Shown: positions 42,814 through 52,559 of the stretch, in pieces | How positions within the stretch are numbered: the stretch's first letter is position 1 | How the letters are laid out: the number at the start of each line of letters is the position of its first letter | From: an uncultured delta proteobacterium | Lineage (GTDB): Bacteria > Desulfobacterota > Syntrophobacteria > Syntrophobacterales > Syntrophobacteraceae | Length of the DNA stretch: 64,000 nucleotides | Assembly (NCBI GenBank): GCA_963808625.1 | Contig: CAWEHK010000041.1 | Location: 55,853 to 119,852 of the forward strand | Direction: 5' to 3' | The notes under the pieces: generated by a model | Database searches by the model: none | Seen by the model: the letters and a program-made list of their open reading frames with translations, nothing else | What the model was told of the DNA's origin: nothing | Position numbers and translations under genes: made by a program

Positions 42814-42920
42814 TAGGGGCGTCCAAGAATAAAAGGCCTTCCTTTAGCACGAAGAACACGAAGTGATTTCTTCGTGCTCTTCGTGTTCTTCGTGGTTCAA
42901 AAAAGGGTTGAAATGGGTGC
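42814..42920. repeat. Dispersed palindromic repeat (CACGAAG subunits), copy 2
   Basis: Near-identical to 11538-11654. Confidence 0.85.
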
Positions 42921-42926
42921 TTTCTT

Positions 42927-43073
42927 CGTGCAACACCACATCAATAAATGTCCCAAAACGACCCGTCATGCCCGAGAAGGCGGGCATCCAGGCTGTTCTT
43001 CTGGATTCCCGCTAAAAGCCTGCGGGAATGGCGATCTGCGCTAATGGTCACTTCATTCTGTGGTGACGGCACT
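42927..43073. repeat. Miniature element with GTCATGCCCG/CGGGAATG palindromic core
   Basis: Inverted ends caccacatcaataaatgtcc / ggtcacttcattctgtggtg; degenerate reverse copy near 55085-55215. Confidence 0.65.
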
Positions 43074-43093
43074 TAGCGGTCTTTTCCCAGGAT

Positions 43094-46000
43094 TTATTTC
43101 AGTTTCAGGTTAACGCCACTGCCCTTGGATGCGGTTGTTTGCGCCTGGCCGCCAATGGTCGGTTCCAGAACAAACAGCCTTCGGGGTTCGACTTTGCCGG
43201 CTTCCAGCAGGTATTCTTTCACCTTGAGCGCCCAGTCGTAGGCGAGCGACCGCAAATCCTCATCGGTCACTTGAATCCTGGTCAGAAGCTGGGCTTTCAT
43301 CTCTTCGGGAGAGGGTTTCTTGCCGAAATCCAGTTTGAGAAACCCCCCTTTGGGGAATTCCTCATCGTAGGCCAGCTTCAGGTATTTGGGGACTTCCTCG
43401 GGGCTGAGCGTCACCTGGTCCACCGAAACCGCAACTCCTCCCTTCTTGATAATTTCCTTCATCTTCTCGGTCTTCAGCTTCTTTTCATAGAGGGTTTGCG
43501 TCAGGAGCTCCTTCCCCTTTTCAGGCTCGACGGAGCCCTGAAGGTCAACTTCCAGGTTCGGGCGGTCGCGCAGGATTTGGGCGACGGCCTCGAGTTTCTT
43601 GACGCTCGCTTCGGGGATGTTGCCGCTGGTGTATTCCATGTCCACGTGGTCGATTTCGCCCACGCCCTGGGGTACGAGGGCCCCCAGGAGAGCGAAGGGC
43701 GCCGTCACCGCCTTCATGATGATGTTCTTGATGGTAGTGAGGATGACCTGGCCAAGACTGAACTTGGGGTCATCCAAATCGCCGCTTACCGGGATCGGCA
43801 GGTCGATTTCGCCCCTGCTGTCCTGCAAGAGCGAAATCGCGAATTTAACCGGAAGGGTGGTGGCATCGGGGCTGTCCACCTTGTCTCCCAGGGTCAGCCG
43901 GTCAAACACGATGTTGTTCTGGGAATCCAGTCGCCGCTTGGCAATGAGGTATTTCAATTCGAGATGAAGATTGCCTTTTTCCAGGGTATAGCCGACATAT
44001 TTTTGCGCGTAGGGGTTCCAGCGGGTCAGGTCGATATTTTTGAAATTCACGGCGAGATCCACGTACAGATTATCCGGGAAGGGGCTGATTTTTCCCGTGA
44101 TCTCTAAGGGCGAGCTGCGGTAGAGCCGCCCGCGCAGGTTGACGTCGGCGAGCATATCCTTCCCGCTGGCAAGTCCGGTGATGGTCCCGCCGATATCGTA
44201 CAGTTCGGCGCGAAAGTTGGGTTTGATATGGAGGTCAGAGAAGGCGATTTCCCCGCCCTGGAGGACGACCTGATCAATCTTGATCGCCGGCGGCGGCGCG
44301 GCTTGCTTTGCGAGGGCCGGGGTTGGAGGTGCCTGGCGAGGGCTGCCGGGCCGCTTCATCGGCGCTGCGGCAACTTTCTCTGGAGTTTCTTCTCCGCTTT
44401 TGGCCCTTTTTCTTGAGACGACGCGGGGACCTTGGGGAGATGCCGTATCCGAACCAAGGACCTGCGTAACGTTTATTTTTCCTTCCGGGCTGATGGTCAC
44501 CCGCGAAAAAAACTCCTTGACTCCGATCTTCTTGACGCGAACCCTGAGCGGACTCACGCCGGCATCGATCCCATTGACGTCAATGCTTTTGCAGAAGAAG
44601 AAATCCTCCCCCTTGATCTTATCCACGGTCGCCACGTCGGCAAACCCAGTGTCTCCGGTGTAGGAGACGCTGAGGTCATTCTCCGCCGGATTTTCCCAGC
44701 ACCAGATTTCCGTCAGCAGAAAACCTCCCTCTCGTCAGTTTCAGTTTGACGTCCTCGGGAAGATAGGGCTGGACCGGGGGCATCTCGAGGTCCTTGAGAC
44801 TGAGCTTTAAGTCGGCAAAGAGCGGCGTGATGCTGAAATTTCCTTTCATCTGCAGGGCGCCTCTTTCGTTCACCCGGCAGGAAAAGGAGACTTCCGCTTT
44901 GCTGTTCTCTTCAGCCGAAATGTTCCGGCCCTCGATATTGATGAGATCGACGAGGAAAGTTACGGGCTGGGAAATCATCCGGTCCTCGAAGCTGACCAGG
45001 TAATTCTTCAAAGAGACTTTTCGCAGCAGAAACTTCCATATGCGTTGCTGAGCTGTGGCGATTCCTTCGGCGAGGTATTTTCCCTTGCCCAGTTCGGGAG
45101 CGGATGCAATCAGGGTCTGGAGATTGAGCTCACCGCTTTTTTCACGGACGGGGGCGAACTTCCCATTCTCGGAAGCGATTTCGCCAATGCTGATCTCCTT
45201 TGCTGCAAGGTCCGCAGAGCTTTCCTTGATCTGAAGCAAAGGGATCTCCAGGAAATTGGTGGTTTCGTCACGTTTTTTCAATTTCAGAGAAGTGACCGCT
45301 GCCGAAAGGTCCGAAAGCCTTACCTCCGGCTCCTTGCTCGCCATTCCGAGGCGCACCGAAGTCTTCAGATCCAGGCGCCCATCGAGAACATCAAAGAGAA
45401 GCTGCTTCCGGTAGTACGGTGCGTATTTGCCGGGGGCAATTTGTGAGACACTCACAACGCCCTCGTATTTAACAGGATCAATGGAGACGGTTCCATTTGC
45501 GTCGAAAGCCTCCCCGGCTTCGGTGCGAGCGCTGAGCCGCAGGGTGGCTTTGGAGCCGGGCGCGGTGGTGAACCGGCCAACTTTCAGATCAATGGCCTCG
45601 AGGGAAGTGCTGAACGCCGATTCCACCGCATGGTCGATGAACCCCACCTTGCCGTCGCTAATTTCGAATTCGTCCACCGCGAGCAGAAACCCGGGCTCCC
45701 TGGTGTTGCTTGCGGGCCTGGCTGAGCCCGCCTCACTGGTCGCGAGGAGCGACTCCAAGTTCAGCCTGCCGTCCCGGTGTCGAGACAGCTCGAGCTCGGG
45801 AGACTGCAATCGAATTGCGGAGAGGTGGGCTTTGCCTTCCAGGGGCTCGAGGGATTCAAGCGCGAGCTCCACCCGTGGCAGCTTGATCAGCTTCGCGTCG
45901 TTGGCATCGGCCGCCTCGAAACCGGTTATGGAGGCCCGCCGGTAATCTTTAGCCGGTTCTTCGCTTCAGCCTGGCAGTAAGTGGCTCTGGCTTCGGCATC

Positions 46001-46852
46001 GACCTGCCCCGACCTTATCTTGACTTTGAGCTGCGGGGGGAGATAAGCAAGGTAATCGGTCAGGTCAAGACGCTCCACCCACATATCGACAACCGCTTCG
46101 AGATTCTCGGAAAAGAGTTTGGCTTTCGCCAGGATGGAAACAGGGCTCTCATTGAGCTTCGCCGTTACGGTCAGCCCGGTCCACCCCTCCAAGCCTTCCT
46201 CCAGGCTCGAAATCAACGGCACTTCCAGGTCAATGTTCGCGACGCTCTTTTTGTCACCCTTCGCTTCGTCGAAATAGTCCACCCTGCCGTTCACGATTTG
46301 GACGTTATGAACGGAGAATTTGAAAGGGGAGGGGGCCTGGTCTTTGCCGCCTGAGGGCGTAGCTGGTGGGCTCGCGGCAGATTCATTCCCAGGTTCCGAG
46401 GCCCTTCCGCCTGGAGCAGGCGGCGTGGTTTGCGGCGCCACTGCCTGTTCCTCGAGGAGGTCGATAAAATTGAACCGGCCGTCCCGGGTTCGGGAGATGC
46501 CGACGTAGGGGCCGGATAACCTCACTTCTTTCAGGATCAGGGCGCGTTCGACGATCGATCCCCCCTGCAAAACGGCGTAAAGCTCATCGAAAGCAACGAA
46601 ATTATCAGTAGAATTGAGTTCTCGGATGCTGAAACCCTTGATGGAGAACGTGAGTTCGAAAGGATTTATCTTGATCCTCTCGATACTGACGGTGCGGTGG
46701 AGCTGCGCCGAAAGATTGGTCTCGAGCAGTGATTTCGCGATTGGGGGTAAAATCCAGAACCCTGCAACCGCGTAGAGAATGAAAGCAAGCATGATCCCCA
46801 GGAGAAAAAGGAGATACCATTTGGCCATTCGCTGTTCCTTGTCGATTTGCAT
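43094..46852 (-). CDS. DUF748-repeat (AsmA-like) protein with C-terminal OmpA-like domain (two frameshifts)
   Basis: N-terminal TM, INPFELT, repeated beta-rich units, PYAQKYVGY..KG.L, LPVKFAISLLQD..G.IDL..PVSGDLDDPKFS. Confidence 0.85.
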
Positions 46853-47246
46853 CCTGTCAATTCCCGTATGCTGGCTAATGCTCTAATCTACGAGTCTCCC
46901 TTCTCGTTTTCGCACGAGATGGGGCGGGCCCCTCCCAAAGACTTTTTGGTGCTCTCTAATACTACAAATTAAGACATCGTGGATAGACGTGGAAGCAGAA
47001 ACTTGACAGGCTCCGGCTTCCACCGCGAGCTGCCTGTCCAATCGCGACTCTTACCGGCAGCCATTTGAAATCATTAGTCATCTTAGCGGCTTGTAAATTG
47101 GTGCGTTTGGGGGTATATGGGTAGCTCTCGCCATCATGGTATGGCATCATTTGCTTCCGGCAAGGACTCGGGGAATTCAGCTTCCTGAGGAATCGGGGTC
47201 CGGGCCGATGAGAATGCGGTTCACACGGTTGTTGATGAGGGATGAA

Positions 47247-48618
47247 ATGTCCAGAAGACCTTTTCTTTGCTTCGTTATCCTGCTTCTCGCGGCGGTCCTT
47301 TCCCTGTCCTTTGCCGGAGACGGGATGGGAGTCGAACCCGGTGCCGGCAAGAAAACAACGGTAAAGCCCGGTCGGGGAAAGGCAAGACCTGAGAGGCAAG
47401 CACCGGAAAAGGCTGGTGCAGCGGATAAAGCTCCGGGAAAAGGGCGCGTCCGAGTCCTCGCCGGGTGAAATCAGCGCCAGGGCAGCCATTCTGTTGGATG
47501 TTGCCACGGGAACGGTTCTATTCGAACAAAATGCCGACGAACTGGTCGAGCCGGCATCATTCACCAAGGTCTTGTCGCTTTATCTGATTTTCGAGGCCCT
47601 TCAGCGTGGGACCATCCGGATTCAGGACGACGTCTATATCAGCGACCAGGCCTGGCGTACCAAAGGTTCCAAGATGTTTGTCGGGGTCAACACCAGGGTG
47701 CCGCTGGAAGAGCTGCTCAAGGGCATCGCCGTGGTGTCCGGGAACGATGCCTGCGTTGCCGCAGCCGAGCACCTTTCCGGGAGCACCGAGGCATTCGTCG
47801 ACAATATGAACCGCAAAGCGAAGCAACTGGGCATGGAACGCAGCCATTTCCTGAACCCTCACGGTCTGCCGGCTGACGGGCAGATCACCACCGCAAGAGA
47901 CATGGCCACCCTCGGGGCCGCTTACATCCGCCAATTCCCTGAAGCCCTTCGCTACCATTCCATGAGGGAATACACCTACAACAATATCACGCAATACAAT
48001 CGCAACCATTTGCTTAACAAAGACCCCTCGGTGGATGGTCTCAAGACCGGTTTTATCGATGCTTCCGGCTACCATCTGGCAGCCACGGCCCAGCGCGAAG
48101 GCATGCGGCTGCTGGCCGTGGTGATGGGAGCGGCAACCCCGCGCATCCGTGAACGGGAAGCCATGAAGCTGTTGAATTTTGGCTTCCGCTACTATGCCAT
48201 GGTCCAACCCTTTCCCGACGGGCAACCAGTGACCACGATCAAGATCTGGAAAGGCGAAAAAGATGAAATTGGCCTTTATCCCGCAGAGATGGCTGCCTTT
48301 GTCATACCCCGGCAGCAGAAGAACCTGCTCCGCTGGGAAGTGCGCACCGCCAATGATGTGACGGCACCAATTCAGATCAAACAGCCTTTGGGAGAAGTCG
48401 TTTTTTATGTCTCTGATCAGCCGCGGCGAAATGTTACGCTGGTCAGCCAGGAGGATGTAAACCAGGCGGGGTGGTTCAAACGAACGTGGCAAACGCTGCT
48501 CCAGATCCACAAACTGGATTGGCGGTGGTTCGCCGGCATCGCTGGCGGCATTGCCCTGGTCCTGGTAATCTTTTTCCTTATCTCGAACCGCCGTACCCTA
48601 CTCAAGCGACCGCGGTAA
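47247..48618 (+). CDS. dacA: D-alanyl-D-alanine carboxypeptidase (PBP5/6 family; frameshift near 5' end)
   Basis: PASFTK (SxxK), SGNDA (SxN), DGLKTG, C-terminal TM. Confidence 0.92.
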
Positions 48619-48963
48619 CCTGCCGGTCCCGCAACCGTGCTTACGTGGGTTTTATACCTCTTTCGGCTGAAATGCTTCGCTTTGAATGAGTCGAAATCCA
48701 CAGCAGAGACGCAGAGAGCGCAGAGAAAAACCACGAATCCAAATGCTCTGCGTACTCTGCGTCTCTGCTCCGAAAAGTCATGGTGGGCAGGCCACCTTCA
48801 AAGACCGACTCGGTTTTGGAAACCGAGTCGGTCTGGTCGCTACCGTAAAGCTTTTTATGTGTCTTCGCGTGTCCCGAAGGGACATGAGGGACTAATGGTG
48901 AAAGAGAAGGATTTAAGCCTTCAAGCGGAAATGTAGAGGTGTTGCTCAGTAGACGAAAATTGC

Positions 48964-49122
48964 CTAATGATCGGGCTTCGAGATTGGCTTTTTCTTCGTG
49001 GGATCTCCGACCCCACAGGCAGCAGACATTCAGGTAGGTACTCCGAGCCTGGGGAGGACCCAGCGATTCAAAATCACCCAGACTGCCAGCGCACCCGCAA
49101 TAAGAATCAAGTCCCAGGACAT
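48964..49122 (-). CDS. Candidate small membrane selenoprotein (52 aa, U31), absent from the ORF track
   Basis: GGAG RBS 8 nt before ATG; MSWDLILIAGALAVWVILNRWVLPRLGVPT-UGA-MSAACGVGDPTKKKPISKPDH*; SECIS-like hairpin after the UGA. Confidence 0.72.
48998..49016 (-). promoter_or_regulatory. Putative bacterial SECIS element
   Basis: GUGGGGUC-GGA-GAUCCCAC, 8-bp stem starting 13 nt after the UGA at 49030-49032. Confidence 0.65.
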
Positions 49123-49198
49123 TCATGCTACTCCACGTTCAGGGTTTCGTTGCAGCTCTTTCAGACCTTCTCAACGAAGGCCTCAACCTTGAAAGGCC

Positions 49199-49213
49199 AC
49201 GGCAACCTGCCGC
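49199..49213 (-). promoter_or_regulatory. Putative bacterial SECIS element
   Basis: GCGGCA-GGU-UGCCGU starting 13 nt after the UGA at 49227-49229. Confidence 0.65.
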
Positions 49214-49220
49214 CGCTTGA

Positions 49221-49433
49221 TCAGGCTCAGCCGAACCCCGTTGTCGGCCGCGGCTGACAGCTCGATCCGGCCCCGCCGGTGCGACCGGACGCCATCGAAC
49301 AGACTGATAAGATACGCTCCAGATCGCTGCTGCAGCACTTGGGGCATGATGTAATCTCTTCTGTTGCCGAAGTGAGGACGAGAGTTTCAAATTCCGTGTC
49401 ACAACACTTACACCGATACTCATAGATGGGCAT
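49221..49433 (-). CDS. FmdB-family zinc-ribbon protein, probably extended by Sec to ...GFG-U-A*
   Basis: MPIYEYRCKCC..EFE.L......CPKC.S..LER; ends GGC TGA GCC TGA with a downstream hairpin. Confidence 0.85.
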
Positions 49434-49622
49434 TTGGCTCTCTCCCTTTTCTGGTCTGAATCGTCATTCATCCGATACAGCAATCCGCCCCGACTCGAAT
49501 TCTCATCATAAATTAATCATAGCCCATCGAAAAAGCAATTGAGGTGGGGTGTAGTCAGAAGTGGGAGTTCGCCGTGGCCTCATGTGACCATTACCTGATT
49601 GCGAATGAGCCTGCATGGTTTC

Positions 49623-49697
49623 GGTGGGCGCAAAAAGACGCGCCCACCCTACGCCGTGGCCCAATTGTAGGGTGGGCACAGCTTTACCGTGCCCACC
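49623..49697. repeat. Doublet of GTAG-type REP palindromes, copy 2
   Basis: Inverted relative of 40932-41018 with a different spacer. Confidence 0.88.
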
Positions 49698-49855
49698 AGG
49701 ACAGGAGACCCTGCCTTTCAGTAATTTCCAACTCCCACTTCTGTTCACACCCATTCAGGTGGGATGACGCTCTCCAAGTTGACAATATGGGCTATAATCC
49801 TTAAAGGAAGCCACACCGAAACGGCGGTGAATCGTTCTAAGAGAAGGAGTTCCCC

Positions 49856-50740
49856 ATGAAACCATGCGATGCCAAGTCATGTGAAGGCTGCTCAGACAAG
49901 GAAAAGCGGTCCAGAGAGCAGCTAGTTCACTGTAATCTATTGAGGATAAAGCATAAATTGCTTGTGATGAGCGGCAAGGGAGGGGTTGGGAAAAGCAGTG
50001 TTGCTGCCTATCTGGCCCTGACGCTGGCCAAGCAGGGCTATCAGGTTGGAATCCTGGACGTGGACCTTCATGGTCCCAGCATCCCTAAGATGCTCGGCCT
50101 CCATGGGGCTCTCGACATTGCGCCTGACAACCAGATTGTCCCGCAAGAGTACAGCCCCAACCTTAAAGTAGTCTCGATTGAGTCGATGTTGGAAGATACC
50201 GATTCCGCGGTCATCTGGCGTGGTCCTTTGAAACACGGTGTCATCCAGCAATTCCTGGCTGACTGCAAGTGGGATGACCTTGATTTTCTGGTTATCGACA
50301 GCCCGCCGGGAACGGGGGATGAACCCTTGAGCGTCGCGCGGCTCATCCCCGAAGCCAAAGCGATCATCGTCACTACGCCCCAAGAAGTGGCGCTCGCCGA
50401 TGTCAGGAAATCCATCAACTTCTGTCGCAAGGTGAAACTCAGTATTGTGGGTCTTGTGGAAAACATGTCCGGCCTGCATTGCCCTCACTGTCAGGGTTTT
50501 ATTCCGATCTTTCGCACCGGTGGCGGCAAGAAAACGGCAGAGCGAATGAAATTGCCCTTCCTGGGCTCCCTGCCATTTGATCCCGCCGTTGTGGAGGGCG
50601 GTGATCGTGGGCGACCCGTCCTGGAAAACGACACGGATACTCCGTTCAAAGAGGCGCTGCAGGAATTTGCTGAGGCGGTGTTGAAAAACCTCAAAATGTC
50701 CGAACAGGTCGTGGCGCCGGAGGGGAAGACCGTTCATTGA
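49856..50740 (+). CDS. Mrp/ApbC/NBP35 Fe-S cluster carrier ATPase
   Basis: SGKGGVGKS, DVDLHGPS, IWRGP, DSPPGTGD, ENMS...CPHC. Confidence 0.95.
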   Translation: MKPCDAKSCEGCSDKEKRSREQLVHCNLLRIKHKLLVMSGKGGVGKSSVAAYLALTLAKQGYQVGILDVDLHGPSIPKMLGLHGALDIAPDNQIVPQEYSPNLKVVSIESMLEDTDSAVIWRGPLKHGVIQQFLADCKWDDLDFLVIDSPPGTGDEPLSVARLIPEAKAIIVTTPQEVALADVRKSINFCRKVKLSIVGLVENMSGLHCPHCQGFIPIFRTGGGKKTAERMKLPFLGSLPFDPAVVEGGDRGRPVLENDTDTPFKEALQEFAEAVLKNLKMSEQVVAPEGKTVH

Positions 50741-50744
50741 TATG

Positions 50745-50849
50745 AGTGGGCAGTGGGCAGTGACGAGTGTTGAGTGACGAGTGACGAGTGGGCAGTGAGG
50801 AGTGATGAGTGGTCAGTGGTCAGTGGGCAGTGACGAGTGTTGAGTGATG
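50745..50849. repeat. Heptamer array downstream of mrp
   Basis: About 15 AGTGNNN units (agtgggc, agtgacg, agtggtc). Confidence 0.9.
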
Positions 50850-50985
50850 ATTGGACGGGGGCGAGTGACCCGAGAGTAGGGGAGGGGTTCAGCCCCTCCC
50901 AAAATACACTGAAATCATTGCCCAATTTTTTTTAACACCCTTTCGGAGACGAAGAACTCCGGTTTTGCCGGTAAGTCGGCCCGGC

Positions 50986-51861
50986 TCAACCGGTTTGGCG
51001 AAAGGGCTGCAGGCGTGGCCCTTGAAGTTTCCGCACGAGTGCCTGCTGATGCGTGGCGAGCGAGATGACCGAACGGGCCATGAACCCACCATCGCAGGGG
51101 TCTTCGAGGGGACCAGGCCGACGATGGCTTTCGTGCCCTGACCGGGGCGATAGGGTAGCAGAGACTGGAACGATCAGGGCCCCGAGAGAACGAGTCGGTC
51201 CGGCTTTGAGCAGCGGCCTTTGCCACCTGGCCCAGGAAGCAAGGGAAAATTGGTAAAGAAGGAGTGCCTGCCAGAAGAGGCATCGACCAATCTTCTTTTC
51301 GCCGGGAACGTCCTTGAGACCCAGCCGCCTCAGGAGCATCCTGAAATACCGGATGCAGTTTTCGCTCGTTCCGTTGCTCCCTGCAAACTGTTTCAAAACC
51401 GGCAGGTAGCCATCTGCGGGGCCAATTCGGGATAACCAGCAACCTTCCAGTTCGCTCTCCAACCAGTGATGGCACTGCGTTCTCGAGAGCTTGAATGTCC
51501 TGCAGAAGACCGCGTCAGGGTCACTCAACTTTTCGATGATGGGATGCCAGTCGGCATCCGCAAGGAAGTGACTTGCCACACCAAGGACCCAGGCGAGCGT
51601 CTCCGGACTGGGCTCTTTTCCCCCCTCCCTCAGGACTGATACCAGAAAAGGTAGACACAACTCGCCTTCCAGGCGATGGAGAGCTGAGCCCAATGAGGAA
51701 AGGCGGAAGGAAGGCAGGTCATAGAAGAGAGCGTCCGGTGAGACTGCCCCCAAAAAATAGGCAAACTTGTGATCTTCACTCAACGGCGATGAGCCAAGCA
51801 AGGAGGTGAGGACCTGCAGGCTTTGATCTGCCAGGAGGAGGTGCAACCGCTCTTTAGGCAT
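50986..51861 (-). CDS. Zinc-dependent phospholipase C family protein
   Basis: N-terminal H, YFLGAVSPDALFY, H, GVASHFLADADWHP, HHWLE. Confidence 0.7.
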   Translation of the reverse strand: MPKERLHLLLADQSLQVLTSLLGSSPLSEDHKFAYFLGAVSPDALFYDLPSFRLSSLGSALHRLEGELCLPFLVSVLREGGKEPSPETLAWVLGVASHFLADADWHPIIEKLSDPDAVFCRTFKLSRTQCHHWLESELEGCWLSRIGPADGYLPVLKQFAGSNGTSENCIRYFRMLLRRLGLKDVPGEKKIGRCLFWQALLLYQFSLASWARWQRPLLKAGPTRSLGALIVPVSATLSPRSGHESHRRPGPLEDPCDGGFMARSVISLATHQQALVRKLQGPRLQPFRQTG

Positions 51862-51874
51862 GATCTGGTGACAC

Positions 51875-51930
51875 CTAATCACTAACCACTAACCACTAAT
51901 CACTAATCACTGATCACTAACCACTAATCA
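51875..51930. repeat. Heptamer array
   Basis: 8 units of CTAA(T/C)CA. Confidence 0.9.
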
Positions 51931-51944
51931 CTATTTCGCCTTCG

Positions 51945-52484
51945 CTAAGCGCCCTCTTCTTGTTCCTGGAATGCCTGGATGGCATCCGGAATCAGTTTCC
52001 TGACGAAGCCCCCGCGGTCCTCTACGAAAACCTCCTGATATTCAGGATATCGGGGGTGAGACTGAAGAAGTCGAGGAGTCTGGTTTTTCATCCCTGAATA
52101 AACAGTTGAAAAACGTTCGACCAGGTCCAAAAGGGGAACAAGGCAGAAGGGAGAAGGCTCAACCCAGCCAAGGCGTCTCATGACTTCGAAGCGCAGTTGA
52201 TCGAGTAAAAACAGCGAGGTATCCATCACCTCGAGTCTCACCCGGCTCTCCAGCTCGAAAAATGTAGCGCCTTTGCCGAGTCCCAGGAATCCCATGATCA
52301 GGCCATAGAGCAACAGGGATGGGCCTTCTTCGTGTTGAATCAGAGTCCGGAGCGCGGTGTCGCCGAGGTCTACAACGCAGGTCTGTTCGTCGAATGAATC
52401 GGAAAAACGCCTGGTCCAGGTTTCAAAGCCCCGTTTTGCTACCAGGCGCCGCCGTTGTTGCTGCAGGTCCAAAATCACCGCCAT
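51945..52484 (-). CDS. Hypothetical protein
   Basis: 179 aa, AGGAG RBS, LDQLRFEVMRRLGWV. Confidence 0.75.
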   Translation of the reverse strand: MAVILDLQQQRRRLVAKRGFETWTRRFSDSFDEQTCVVDLGDTALRTLIQHEEGPSLLLYGLIMGFLGLGKGATFFELESRVRLEVMDTSLFLLDQLRFEVMRRLGWVEPSPFCLVPLLDLVERFSTVYSGMKNQTPRLLQSHPRYPEYQEVFVEDRGGFVRKLIPDAIQAFQEQEEGA

Positions 52485-52559
52485 AGAATCTCCTTGAGGC
52501 CCTTCAGCAGGTGAGCGATGAACTTTCCGGACCGCACCGCAGTTCGCCTCGTTTTCGGG

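Noticed and set aside
48950..49200. Possible 6S or other ncRNA in the dacA-fmdB gap
   Set aside because: Better explained by a small CDS with RBS, TM helix and SECIS-like hairpin
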